64,000 bases of DNA, taken from positions 1,478-65,477 of the forward strand of contig JALHYA010000002.1 of the NCBI GenBank assembly GCA_022868165.1, in the 5' to 3' direction. The notes below the pieces were generated by a model that had not been told where the DNA came from, made no database searches, and saw only the letters and a program-made list of their open reading frames with translations. Positions 17,840 to 27,541 of this stretch are shown here, piece by piece (the stretch's first letter is position 1; every line of letters starts with the position of its first letter). A program made the translations under genes and the position numbers. The DNA comes from Patescibacteria group bacterium. GTDB lineage: Bacteria; Patescibacteriota; Microgenomatia; UBA8517.

Positions 17840-19834
17840 TTATCTAGGTTTTAAGTTAGCAGCACGCATATCGGCATCTACCATCATTTTTACCAATTCT
17901 TTGAATTTCACTTTGGGTTTCCAGCCTATTAACTTCTCTGCTTTTCCAATATCAGCCTGTAATACATCAACCTCAGTAGGTCTATAATACCTTTCGTCTA
18001 TCTCGACGTATTTCTGCCAAGATAAACCTGCAATACCAAAAGCTTCCTCAACAAATTCTTTTACTGTGTGTGTTTCTCCAGTGCCTATAACTATATCTTC
18101 CGGATACGGTAATTGCATTATCTCCCAGATTGCCTCCATATATTCTTTTGCGTAGCCCCAATCACGCCTAGCCTCTAGGTTGCCTAGCAACAGCTTATCC
18201 TGTTTGCCTGATAATATATTAGCTATGCTCTTGGTAATCTTACGAGTAACAAAAGTCTCGCCTCTGCGTGGACTATTATGAACTTTGATCAGATTAGCAC
18301 CAGTGGCAAAGGATTGCGATTCTGTCTGAATGTCATAAAACCAGTTATCCTCTGCTGCAGTATCTACAATATCGACAATCTCGTCTTTATCTCTTGTCAG
18401 GTGCCTTCCTTTATTGGTAGGTTTATCTGTAGTAAACTGTGCATAATAGTAACGTCTTCCAGCACGATAATCACACTTAACTTTAGCTTCCTGGTTTGGC
18501 GATATAGCAAACATGAGATATACCAAACCTAAACACAGTGTCGCAGACTTCGTTGTGAATCCTTTATATTTATAAGTTTCATTGCCTTTTTGCCTACCAT
18601 CTGCCATATAATAACCCTCGTAGAAAACTTTCTTGGCGATATTGTCACTGTTTAATACAAAAATTGGAATTCTCTTTTCGCTGCTTCGTTCTGTATATAT
18701 ATGGCTTCTTAACCAATGACCAAACGCACTATCATTATTTATATCTAAATCCCAGATATCATTTCGGCATCCATCATATTCGCCAACACCTTTATTTGTT
18801 AATCTATAGCTCCATCCATATCGCTTGATAACAGGCAAGGCAATCGTCAGCAATTCCTCTTTGTCAATACCAATTAATCGTATTCCTCCATCAAGTGCTA
18901 TATGCCCATCGCCTACTATATAACCTATGAATCGCAAAAGAGAAATGTCATCATTAAATAATGATTGATTGTTCTCGGGGTATTCTATTTTGAAAAGCTT
19001 ATTACCAATACCTAGATTAACTGTCATTACTTCCGCCCCATCATCCTTGAATACTGCGTGTTCAAAGGTAGCTTCATAACATGCTTTTCTAGATTGAATA
19101 AGTCTTACTCTCTTTTTGGCATCTTTATAACATGAACCGCTTAGAACACGTGTCCATTCTTTCCCATTCCATACATGCGAGTTAGCATATTCATCTTTCA
19201 GTCCTTCATATTTATGTTTCTCAGTTCTAAACATATCCTCAATTGGAATTATATCTATTAATCCATTGTCCTTTTTGACAATCAATGGGCTATTCTTCAA
19301 TATGCTCTCATGGTTAAATAGAATCCCGTTCACGGCAAAGATACCATAACTGTTCCTATAATGTATGGTTTCAAAATAACTGTGTAATTTTGCGATTGCA
19401 TAAGGACTGCCGGGCAACATAGGAGTATCTTCATTTTGCGGTGGTGGAGAATTGCCAAATTGTTCCGAGCTGGCAGCATTATAAAATTTAGTGTCTGGCT
19501 TAACTTGCCTAACAGCTTCTAGCAATCTAGTAGTTCCAAGAGCCGTAACATTTTCCGTATATTCAGGAATTTCAAAACTCACTTTTACGTGGCTCATTGA
19601 AGCAAGGTTGTAAATTTCATCAGGCTGTATCTTATGTATTAAACTGAATAGACTTCCGCTATCTGTCATATCTCCAAAGTGTAGTTGCAGTTCATCAAAT
19701 ATATGGTCTATACGTTGCGTGTTGAATGATGAGCTGCGCCGAATTATTCCATGGACTTCATAGTTCTTAGATAATAGTAATTCTGCTAAGTAAGAACCAT
19801 CTTGCCCAGTAACGCCGGTGATTAGGGCTTTCAT
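17840..19834 (-). CDS. gmd: GDP-mannose 4,6-dehydratase interrupted by a 344-aa intein
   Basis: N-extein ends ..AVNGILFNHE and C-extein resumes SPRRGETFVTRKIT, so the canonical Gmd LFNHESPRRGETF is split. Confidence 0.85.
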   Translation of the reverse strand: MKALITGVTGQDGSYLAELLLSKNYEVHGIIRRSSSFNTQRIDHIFDELQLHFGDMTDSGSLFSLIHKIQPDEIYNLASMSHVKVSFEIPEYTENVTALGTTRLLEAVRQVKPDTKFYNAASSEQFGNSPPPQNEDTPMLPGSPYAIAKLHSYFETIHYRNSYGIFAVNGILFNHESILKNSPLIVKKDNGLIDIIPIEDMFRTEKHKYEGLKDEYANSHVWNGKEWTRVLSGSCYKDAKKRVRLIQSRKACYEATFEHAVFKDDGAEVMTVNLGIGNKLFKIEYPENNQSLFNDDISLLRFIGYIVGDGHIALDGGIRLIGIDKEELLTIALPVIKRYGWSYRLTNKGVGEYDGCRNDIWDLDINNDSAFGHWLRSHIYTERSSEKRIPIFVLNSDNIAKKVFYEGYYMADGRQKGNETYKYKGFTTKSATLCLGLVYLMFAISPNQEAKVKCDYRAGRRYYYAQFTTDKPTNKGRHLTRDKDEIVDIVDTAAEDNWFYDIQTESQSFATGANLIKVHNSPRRGETFVTRKITKSIANILSGKQDKLLLGNLEARRDWGYAKEYMEAIWEIMQLPYPEDIVIGTGETHTVKEFVEEAFGIAGLSWQKYVEIDERYYRPTEVDVLQADIGKAEKLIGWKPKVKFKELVKMMVDADMRAANLKPR
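18275..19306 (-). other. Intein with LAGLIDADG homing-endonuclease domain
   Basis: First residue Ser, block B TEKH, LAGLIDADG-like LLRFIGYIVGDGHI and FYEGYYMADG, terminal VHN followed by +1 Ser. Confidence 0.75.
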
Positions 19835-20613
19835 TATTTATTCTCCTTTTTGATTATGGCTCCGACACCGGTGAAATAAATCTCGGTTGACTTGCATCTT
19901 GCTTTCCGGGCAAAATCCGCAAAGGCATAGTTCCACGATACATCGTGAGAGAGCAACAACCCTCCAGTGCCTAGATAGTCCCAGACTGTGGTATATTCAA
20001 ATGTCATGTTATCATAGGTGTGTTCACTATCATGCAGAAAGATATCAACCTTACCAAGTTCAGCCAATAGGCTTGGCAGTAAATCTTTGCTCTTCCCTAA
20101 TCTTAGATTCCATCTTTCTTTGAGGTATGGGGGTATGGCAAGCCCTGTCTCCTTCCCTTCAGGAATGAGAGAGCTGTCGGTCAATGCGTAGTTGGGAAAA
20201 TCTATTGAATAGAGTGTGCCTTCCCCGTTGTCTTGCAATGCTTGCAGGATAAAAGCTGATGATATTCCGGCAGCAACTCCTGTCTCAACTACCACCTCTG
20301 GCCGTAGTATTCGAACTATGACATAAAGGAAGTCAGGCGTTGCGATTTCTCCATAATAGATCCCGTTCAAGGAGTTTGCTATATATGTTTGTAATTTCTG
20401 GTTAGAGGCAATGGCTTCCCAATACTCCTGTAAATTACCTACAGTCGCCCCTATGCGCTTTGTTAGTCGCTTAGTTTGGGATTGTATTACTCCAGCTTTC
20501 CCAGAAACCACATATCTGAGCATAGCTAATGGGTCAGTTAATCCTATTTTCAACGCTCTTGGACTGACTAGCGGTCTTGTGAGTGACTGATGTTTATAAA
20601 TCCCTTTAGGCAT
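19834..20613 (-). CDS. SAM-dependent methyltransferase, CmcI/TylF-like
   Basis: VVETGVAAGISSAF Rossmann motif. 259 aa. Confidence 0.6.
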   Translation of the reverse strand: MPKGIYKHQSLTRPLVSPRALKIGLTDPLAMLRYVVSGKAGVIQSQTKRLTKRIGATVGNLQEYWEAIASNQKLQTYIANSLNGIYYGEIATPDFLYVIVRILRPEVVVETGVAAGISSAFILQALQDNGEGTLYSIDFPNYALTDSSLIPEGKETGLAIPPYLKERWNLRLGKSKDLLPSLLAELGKVDIFLHDSEHTYDNMTFEYTTVWDYLGTGGLLLSHDVSWNYAFADFARKARCKSTEIYFTGVGAIIKKENK

Positions 20614-21169
20614 CTATCATTTCCTCAAGTTCTTGTCTGATGTCTTTCCCGCTTATGCTATTGCCAATACAATCCCAACCGTCTACTTTTTGGCGGGCAA
20701 ATAGTTCTATACGGGTAAGATCGCCAAATAATTTCACGATTTCATTTCTAAATTCACTAGGCTTTTTGGAGTGGTGAGCTCTTGGATAGAATTGGACATT
20801 TCTAACAGAAGCATCTAACCTCTTACAACCATTCCCTTTAGTTGCCAAAAGACATATTTCAGCGTTTGCCCTAGTATATCTCCCCATACCCATAAGCGGG
20901 TTGTTGCCGAGAGTAGTTTTAACCCAAGTGAAAGCTACCGTCTTATACTTAAAACCCCAAGCGTTTACGACTTTCAACCCCTCCTCTAGTTGCGGGTATG
21001 TAACCCATAGAAGCAACACGGAATTATCATCTGCGGGAATAACTAAATTGCAAATATCTTCAGTTGCCATCGTTGGATAATGGCTTTCAGCCCCACCGCC
21101 ATGACTTTTACTTTTATCGTTATAATGCCACGGCGGGTCAGCATAGATTATCTGGTATTTCTTATTCAT
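20606..21169 (-). CDS. MT-A70-family N6-adenine methyltransferase (DPPW motif IIYADPPWHY)
   Basis: DPPW catalytic motif. 187 aa. Confidence 0.75.
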   Translation of the reverse strand: MNKKYQIIYADPPWHYNDKSKSHGGGAESHYPTMATEDICNLVIPADDNSVLLLWVTYPQLEEGLKVVNAWGFKYKTVAFTWVKTTLGNNPLMGMGRYTRANAEICLLATKGNGCKRLDASVRNVQFYPRAHHSKKPSEFRNEIVKLFGDLTRIELFARQKVDGWDCIGNSISGKDIRQELEEMIDA

Positions 21170-21171
21170 AT

Positions 21172-21897
21172 TTATTTATGACCAGCCTCCCTTGCTTTTT
21201 TCCTGCAGATGAATATGTTTAGAAAGCAGAAATTTGGATAGGCGAATAAGTTTATAAAGCGAAACAGCCATAATGTTCTAGCAGGATAACGGGTAGTAAG
21301 TAGGTAGGAAATCGGCAATGTGGGAAATACCCCTTTCCTCTTTACAATGGCAAAGCCTTTCTTGATTAAGAGGTCTATATATTCAGCGATGGGTCTATCG
21401 CCTGGATGCTCTTGGATACTAGAAGTTCTGGCTAGCTTTCCTGTAAGGAGAAAGTATAGGCGACAAAGAATATGTGCTAAGTTAGGAATTGAGATGAGGA
21501 GAATGCCGTTGCGTTTCAGCACCCTGCTAATCTCTGCTAGGGCTTTCTCTTGATTAGAATAATGCAGATGCTCTATCGTATCTAGACAGAGAACTAAATT
21601 AAAATGATTGTCTTTGAATGGCATTTGGGTAATATCGCCTTGAACCACAACATCAGAGGCGTAGTTTAAGTCCAAGCCAATGATGCTGTAACCTTCCTTT
21701 TTGAACTGTTCAACTAGAATTCCTTCTCCGCATCCGGCATCAAGTATAGCCCAATTCTTGGGGATACTTTGGACATACTCTCGCACAAGTTTCATCTTAG
21801 CTTGGTAAGTGGGATAATAGGAATCGTTGGGGCTTAGGTATCTATGATACTCTCCTTTCTCGGCATATATTCCCGTCATTATGATTTCTTTTGGCAT
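21172..21897 (-). CDS. Class I SAM-dependent methyltransferase
   Basis: LDAGCGEG motif I. Start moved to internal M (MPKEIIM) to abut the upstream gene. Confidence 0.7.
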   Translation of the reverse strand: MPKEIIMTGIYAEKGEYHRYLSPNDSYYPTYQAKMKLVREYVQSIPKNWAILDAGCGEGILVEQFKKEGYSIIGLDLNYASDVVVQGDITQMPFKDNHFNLVLCLDTIEHLHYSNQEKALAEISRVLKRNGILLISIPNLAHILCRLYFLLTGKLARTSSIQEHPGDRPIAEYIDLLIKKGFAIVKRKGVFPTLPISYLLTTRYPARTLWLFRFINLFAYPNFCFLNIFICRKKAREAGHK

Positions 21898-21902
21898 AAG
21901 TG

Positions 21903-22706
21903 TTACTGTTCCTTTTCTGCGATTAGACAATATAACATAGCATAGTCGTCTACACCTACTTTTAGACGGCTTAGTATGTAAAAAATCAACCCTATAATAC
22001 GCAGAAGAATGTCCCAAGGCCACCAACTAACTGACAACGGCCACGGATGCCATCTAGGGCTTTGTAGGAATAGAGCCATAGCACTATAGTGGTTACCAAG
22101 TGCTTCAAAATGAAAAAGGTTAAATTTTGCCAGCATTTCTTTTATTGCTGAGGGGCTGAATCTATAGAAATCATCCGGTGCTCCATGAAAAGGAAAAATG
22201 AAGGGAACTGTTAAAAACAGCTTTCCCCCCGGCCTCAATACACGATATATTTCATCTATAGCTTTCTTAGGTGCGCTGATATGTTCAAAAACTACAAAGC
22301 AGGTAAAGGCATCTATCGAATTTGCCTCATAGTGCATGTTCATCATATCAAGGTATTCTAGACCTTCGCCTGAAATGTTGGTCATAGTATATTTCTGTGA
22401 CGAAGTGGCAAACCGCCCGTAATCTTCCGCTTTATCAGCACCTAATTCAACTATTTCACCTTTCAGCATGGGCATCAACTCTTTTATCGCCTTGTTTTGC
22501 AATATTCTAGCAGGTGTTTCCATCCCAACTATATATTTAATCAGCACACCAATGCCTAATGGAACAGGACGGCTAATTATGCCCTTATGTACTTTTGCTA
22601 AAGGAGTATGAAAGGCTAGCACAAAGGCCTTCTTTAGTAATGCGAAATTCTTGTGCATATCACTTGACCATATCGGATGTGCATTAAATTGTTTCTTAAG
22701 GCTCAT
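21903..22706 (-). CDS. Class I SAM-dependent methyltransferase (Methyltransf_11-like)
   Basis: IVELGADK...RVLRPGGKLFLTVP. Confidence 0.7.
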   Translation of the reverse strand: MSLKKQFNAHPIWSSDMHKNFALLKKAFVLAFHTPLAKVHKGIISRPVPLGIGVLIKYIVGMETPARILQNKAIKELMPMLKGEIVELGADKAEDYGRFATSSQKYTMTNISGEGLEYLDMMNMHYEANSIDAFTCFVVFEHISAPKKAIDEIYRVLRPGGKLFLTVPFIFPFHGAPDDFYRFSPSAIKEMLAKFNLFHFEALGNHYSAMALFLQSPRWHPWPLSVSWWPWDILLRIIGLIFYILSRLKVGVDDYAMLYCLIAEKEQ

Positions 22707-23283
22707 TTCTGTACTCGTATATAACAGATTGTCCGCTTCTGAAAACTTCTTGGCATAGAGTCATATCCAGAGACACCCAGTCTTTTATTGTCCTTAATCC
22801 TTCTCCCTTACCTAAGCCAACAATTTTCTGTTTTTCTGAGTTCCATGCTCGTACAAAGATATAATAATGTCCTGCAACAGGTTTGTTATCGATTAATATC
22901 ATAGGCAACTCTCGGAGGATAATGTTATGGAAACTGTTCAATAGTATTACTGCATTATAATCACCAACTATCGGTATACTTAAATCCCCTTTGTCATTAA
23001 GCCACTTGGCGCATTGCACGTCATCTTTGGTATATATTCCTACTATACCCGTACGCTCACCACTTAGGGCAAAGCTATAAGGCACAACCAGTTTGTCTAC
23101 GATATTGCTTCTCATTGCCTCATAAACTGAACCAGAGGTAAAAGCAAAATAGATTAACAATATTGTTATTGTTGACCAAATTGTTCTTTTGCTCATTGTG
23201 GTGGCATAAATGCTGGCATTTTTAGAAAGAATAATACAAAGATAGTTATTACTGCCAGCCCTAATAGTATTATGCAAAACCAT
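22696..23283 (-). CDS. Membrane-anchored hypothetical protein
   Basis: ORF track 195 aa. Signal-anchor STITILLIYFAFTSG after an internal Met. Confidence 0.5.
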   Translation of the reverse strand: MVLHNTIRAGSNNYLCIILSKNASIYATTMSKRTIWSTITILLIYFAFTSGSVYEAMRSNIVDKLVVPYSFALSGERTGIVGIYTKDDVQCAKWLNDKGDLSIPIVGDYNAVILLNSFHNIILRELPMILIDNKPVAGHYYIFVRAWNSEKQKIVGLGKGEGLRTIKDWVSLDMTLCQEVFRSGQSVIYEYRNEP

Positions 23284-23292
23284 CTTGCTACC

Positions 23293-24657
23293 TCAATCAT
23301 TATAGATTTCGTTCTTTGTACTTCCATTTGCAACTCCTTCGCATCCCAGCACCAACATTGGAGCTAGGAAAAATAGACTCATATGGTAAATTCTAGTTAT
23401 ATTTATAAGCAAATCAAAGTGGGGTACGAATACGCCACATAGCAAAAGCACAAAACTACAGCCCACCCCAGCTGTGAATTCAGCTGTGAATTTATATCTT
23501 GAATGTCTAAATAATAGATAGCCAGCACCAATGACTATCAATAACTGTGTTAAGTATTGCACTATTCTGAAAATCTTGCCTTCAATTGGCTGTCCGATGA
23601 AATCTAAACCTGTCCCTGCCAAGACAAGATGCCCATGTTCTTTGGAATATGGTTCGACATCAGTTGCTATTGCTTCACTAGGATTAGCTGCTTCACTAGG
23701 ATTGTCCGCTTCTTTGCTAACTGTTATATTGCTACTAACTGCCATACTGCTTGTGCCTATCTTTTTCTTTTCATCTGCTACGTCTGCCTTTTCCTCTTCA
23801 TGCTTTGCTTTTGCTTCGTCAAGCCTGTTTGATGCTAGCGTGCTGTAGCTGCTAGAAACAAAAGATAGTTGTTGGTTAATTGCACCTTTAGAAGCATAGT
23901 GATAATAGACATAGAATGTTCCCGAACAAAGTATAAATATTATAGACAGAATAGCAACAGGTATTCGCTTGAAAGAAAACAGTCCCCATTTAGATTTGCT
24001 CGTTGCTAATCGAACCATGACGATGCCTAACAAGTAGAGCAATGCTGCTATGCCTACAGTATAATGACAGATAATTGTTAAGATTAGACAAGTCAATATG
24101 ATAGTTCCCTTGTACCACAAAGACCAGTTGCCCACCATTGCTAAAATCATCAAAGCAAAGAAGAATTCAGCAACCATAGACTTTGCAATTTGAGCTATTT
24201 CAAGGCTATACACTGGCATTACTATAAAGAATAAGGAGGCATAGAAAGCCCTCTTGCTACCGATTTGTTCCTTGAAAGCATAATACAAAATTACTGGAAC
24301 GCCAACTAAGAACAAAGGCAGAATGGCTTTATATATCCATATGGCATCTATGCTTGATAGTTTTGATAACCAAGGAACTAAGAAGCCCATCACAATTGAT
24401 GTAATACTCCCACCTATGCCTCCAGACGTTGTACCGTTTAGGAAATCCCAGCCGGTACTCAATGCTATTTGGCTAACTGCAAGTTCACCTTGTATGTCCG
24501 AACCAACAACATAATCTCCAAGCATAGTTGTAGAGTAGACTAATCCTAGCGCCATTATGCCTATACAATAAGGATAATGCTTTGCTTTAATCACTTCAGT
24601 AGCTACCAGAATTGTGATGACTGCAACTACTAGAATTGATGCTACCCCTAAAATCAT
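23293..24657 (-). CDS. Polytopic membrane protein (10 or more TM) with a Lys/Glu/Ser-rich central loop. Putative glycan polymerase/flippase-like.
   Basis: Hydropathy. ADNPSEAANPSEA duplication in the loop. Confidence 0.5.
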   Translation of the reverse strand: MILGVASILVVAVITILVATEVIKAKHYPYCIGIMALGLVYSTTMLGDYVVGSDIQGELAVSQIALSTGWDFLNGTTSGGIGGSITSIVMGFLVPWLSKLSSIDAIWIYKAILPLFLVGVPVILYYAFKEQIGSKRAFYASLFFIVMPVYSLEIAQIAKSMVAEFFFALMILAMVGNWSLWYKGTIILTCLILTIICHYTVGIAALLYLLGIVMVRLATSKSKWGLFSFKRIPVAILSIIFILCSGTFYVYYHYASKGAINQQLSFVSSSYSTLASNRLDEAKAKHEEEKADVADEKKKIGTSSMAVSSNITVSKEADNPSEAANPSEAIATDVEPYSKEHGHLVLAGTGLDFIGQPIEGKIFRIVQYLTQLLIVIGAGYLLFRHSRYKFTAEFTAGVGCSFVLLLCGVFVPHFDLLINITRIYHMSLFFLAPMLVLGCEGVANGSTKNEIYND

Positions 24658-24693
24658 TTTTTCAACTCCATAACCATGTTTACTTCCTTATTT

Positions 24694-26064
24694 TCACCAA
24701 TAGACTAGTGGCTTGCCATGTAGCAACCTACCCAATGCCAAAAGCAAATTATAAAAATCTCCTTTGGGATTTCTTAAAGCCCGCTTCATTATTGTCAAAA
24801 TGTTTATTCTTCGAAATACAGAAAGAAAATGGTTTAGTTCTTCCTTTGTCAACTTCTCCGACAGGACTATCGGGCTTTTATTCTGCATGGCGTCTATGTC
24901 CAGTCTGCTCCAATCCATATTATCGTTGACCAAGCCCTTCTGCTTGGCATACTCCCATACCGGTGTTCCAGGAAGCGGGGTCAGCAAATGTACCGCAAAG
25001 GAACTCAACGGAGCTTTTTTGACAAATCTCAATGTTTGTAGGATATCAGCAAAAGTTTCCTGCGGTGAGCCAATAATAAACGTTCCACTCGCCTTTATCC
25101 CATATTTTCTAATTGTCTTGACAGCATTCATATTATCCTCTACTGTTACGCCTTTCCCTTTTAGGTATTCCAAAATCCGAGGTGAAGATGACTCCAGCCC
25201 TAGTGAAATCCCCGTCACATTCATCCGCTTCAATAACTGGGTTACCTCGTCAGTAATCAAGTTGGCTCTGGCATTGCAATCAGGGAAACTCACTTTGCCT
25301 AGGAGATTCCCCTCCTGCAGCAATTCTACTATTTGCCTGAGCCTTTGTCTGTCGGCTATGAATAGCGAATCGTAGATTGAAATGGTTTCAACTTTATGTT
25401 CCTCAACCAATTGCTTAATTTCAGCGACAACATAGCTAGGCGAGAAGAATCTAATTCCTCTCCAATACACAGTAGGATAACAAAAAGCACATCTATAGGG
25501 ACAGCCTCTTGAGGTAAGTATATAACTAGCTTTACACTTGCCAAATATATCTCTTGCCGCCATTGGTATCTTGTCTAAGGGCTCTATCAGCTTTCGCCTT
25601 TTGGTGATGACAAGTTCATTGTCCTTCTTGAAAACAATGCCATCGACACTATGTAATTGGTCTTTATCAAAGAAGCCTTTTTTGAGAAACAGGTAAAGAA
25701 GGTCAATAATGGTTTCTTCGCCTTCACCAATAACTCCCACATCCATATCTTTTGTCAACGTGGATGGCAGCGCAGAAATGTGTACGCCACCTATGATGAC
25801 CGGTAACTGATATTCCTTGCAGGTTTGGGCATAGCTGATTGCCCTATTGTAATATTGAGTCGTAGAGGTGATACCCACAATATCTGGCTTGAATGCCTTT
25901 ATGCCCTCGTCAATATCGTGGTCAATTACCTTGAACTCTACTGAATCAGAGCCAAAGTTTGTTCTTATCGAGCTGGCTAAATAAGCGAGACCTAGCGGCG
26001 GGTACATAACCTCAAATTCCCTCCTTAGATTGACGGCATTAACAAACATAAATTTCAGTTTCAT
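24694..26064 (-). CDS. B12-binding (class B) radical SAM enzyme
   Basis: N-terminal B12-binding-like domain. CPYRCAFC CxxxCxxC motif. Confidence 0.75.
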   Translation of the reverse strand: MKLKFMFVNAVNLRREFEVMYPPLGLAYLASSIRTNFGSDSVEFKVIDHDIDEGIKAFKPDIVGITSTTQYYNRAISYAQTCKEYQLPVIIGGVHISALPSTLTKDMDVGVIGEGEETIIDLLYLFLKKGFFDKDQLHSVDGIVFKKDNELVITKRRKLIEPLDKIPMAARDIFGKCKASYILTSRGCPYRCAFCYPTVYWRGIRFFSPSYVVAEIKQLVEEHKVETISIYDSLFIADRQRLRQIVELLQEGNLLGKVSFPDCNARANLITDEVTQLLKRMNVTGISLGLESSSPRILEYLKGKGVTVEDNMNAVKTIRKYGIKASGTFIIGSPQETFADILQTLRFVKKAPLSSFAVHLLTPLPGTPVWEYAKQKGLVNDNMDWSRLDIDAMQNKSPIVLSEKLTKEELNHFLSVFRRINILTIMKRALRNPKGDFYNLLLALGRLLHGKPLVYW

Positions 26065-27536
26065 TTTATATTCTTCAGTTTAGCACGTATATATTTGTAA
26101 TAGAATTTAGGAAAAAACATAAACTTTAGCAGTGAAAAGTCTCCTTTGGCAAGGCGTTGCAAACCTTGCACAATAGCAACTTTGGAATGTGACCCTGCAA
26201 AGGTGGCAATCAGCGAAACTTTCCTGTCTACTATAAAACTTTGCATAGTGGCTGGAAGTAATTTATCAATATATAATGGTATGTTAGACAATTGGTTCAA
26301 CTTGGCATTTAACTTGTATTCAACTCGGTCATACCACGAAAAGTCGTGTGGCAATGTACCTTGTTTGCGAGCAATTGCTTCTAGTTCTGTTCCGGGAAAA
26401 ATCATAGTTGGCTGAATAGGGCAAATAAAGCCATAGGTTCTCTCAATCCGATCAATCAGATTCGATGTTTCTATGAGGTCTTGCTCATCTTCCCCTGGGA
26501 AAGAGAACATAAAATAAGGTTGAACAATTATATCAATATCATGGCACTCCTTACAAAAGCTAAGAATCTGGCTAACTGAAATGCCTTTTCCTATTCGTGA
26601 AAGAATTCTTGGCGAACCAGATTCTACGCCTATTGCGATTGAAACACAGCCGGCCTTTTTCATAAGTTCTAATAGTTCCAGTGGTATATTGACCCTACTT
26701 TCACACCACCACTTCAATTTTAGATTCCTACCTATTAGTTCTTGGCACATCGCCCTGACATGATGAGGATTAGCTGTGAAAGTTAAATCAAGGAAGTTAA
26801 TGCCTTCTATATTGAATTTGTCCCTGTAAGACTCTATCTCATTGACAACATCTTTTGCCTTTCGTGTTCGGTATTTCATTCCAGCCTTTGAACAGAATAT
26901 ACATTTGTATGGGCAACCACGAGACGACATAACACTGATTGCACGAATAGGCTCTAGATACCCAAAGATATGTTCCGGGTATTCATCCCAACTAAATTTT
27001 GTATAGGGCTGTAAACTATCCAAATCATCAAAAATGGGTTGGTCTGGATTGTTAGTGATGCGATTATCCTCTCTATATGTAATGCCCTTTACCTGCCTCA
27101 AATCTTTCCCTTCATCTACATTATTTATTATCTCTACAATAGTTATTTCCCCTTCTCCCCGAACGACAATATCAACTTCCGGCACCCTTCGTAACGTATC
27201 TTCGGCACAATGCATGAAATGCACTCCTCCAACAACCACCAGTGACTTGGGATAAAGCTTCTTTACATATTCTGCTACCTTGACAGCCTCAAAGCGTGTG
27301 TGCGTTACTGAGGTAATTCCAAAGATGCGTGACTCATTATTCTTGAGCACTTCTTTTATGGGCTTGCCCTGATATCTTCTCTGTTCTAAGTCAATGATTT
27401 CCACCTTGTGCACAGTCCTACTTTCAATAGATGAGGCCAAATAAAAAAGGGAAAGGGGACGTGTTAGTTGCCAATATTGTTCCGTAGCAGCACCTGCAGA
27501 GACCGATTTTGCAGGTTGAATCAATGTTATTTTCAT
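26061..27536 (-). CDS. B12-binding (class B) radical SAM enzyme
   Basis: CPYKCIFC motif. Paralogue of the preceding gene, with an ATGA overlap. Confidence 0.75.
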   Translation of the reverse strand: MKITLIQPAKSVSAGAATEQYWQLTRPLSLFYLASSIESRTVHKVEIIDLEQRRYQGKPIKEVLKNNESRIFGITSVTHTRFEAVKVAEYVKKLYPKSLVVVGGVHFMHCAEDTLRRVPEVDIVVRGEGEITIVEIINNVDEGKDLRQVKGITYREDNRITNNPDQPIFDDLDSLQPYTKFSWDEYPEHIFGYLEPIRAISVMSSRGCPYKCIFCSKAGMKYRTRKAKDVVNEIESYRDKFNIEGINFLDLTFTANPHHVRAMCQELIGRNLKLKWWCESRVNIPLELLELMKKAGCVSIAIGVESGSPRILSRIGKGISVSQILSFCKECHDIDIIVQPYFMFSFPGEDEQDLIETSNLIDRIERTYGFICPIQPTMIFPGTELEAIARKQGTLPHDFSWYDRVEYKLNAKLNQLSNIPLYIDKLLPATMQSFIVDRKVSLIATFAGSHSKVAIVQGLQRLAKGDFSLLKFMFFPKFYYKYIRAKLKNIK

Positions 27537-27541
27537 TAGCT

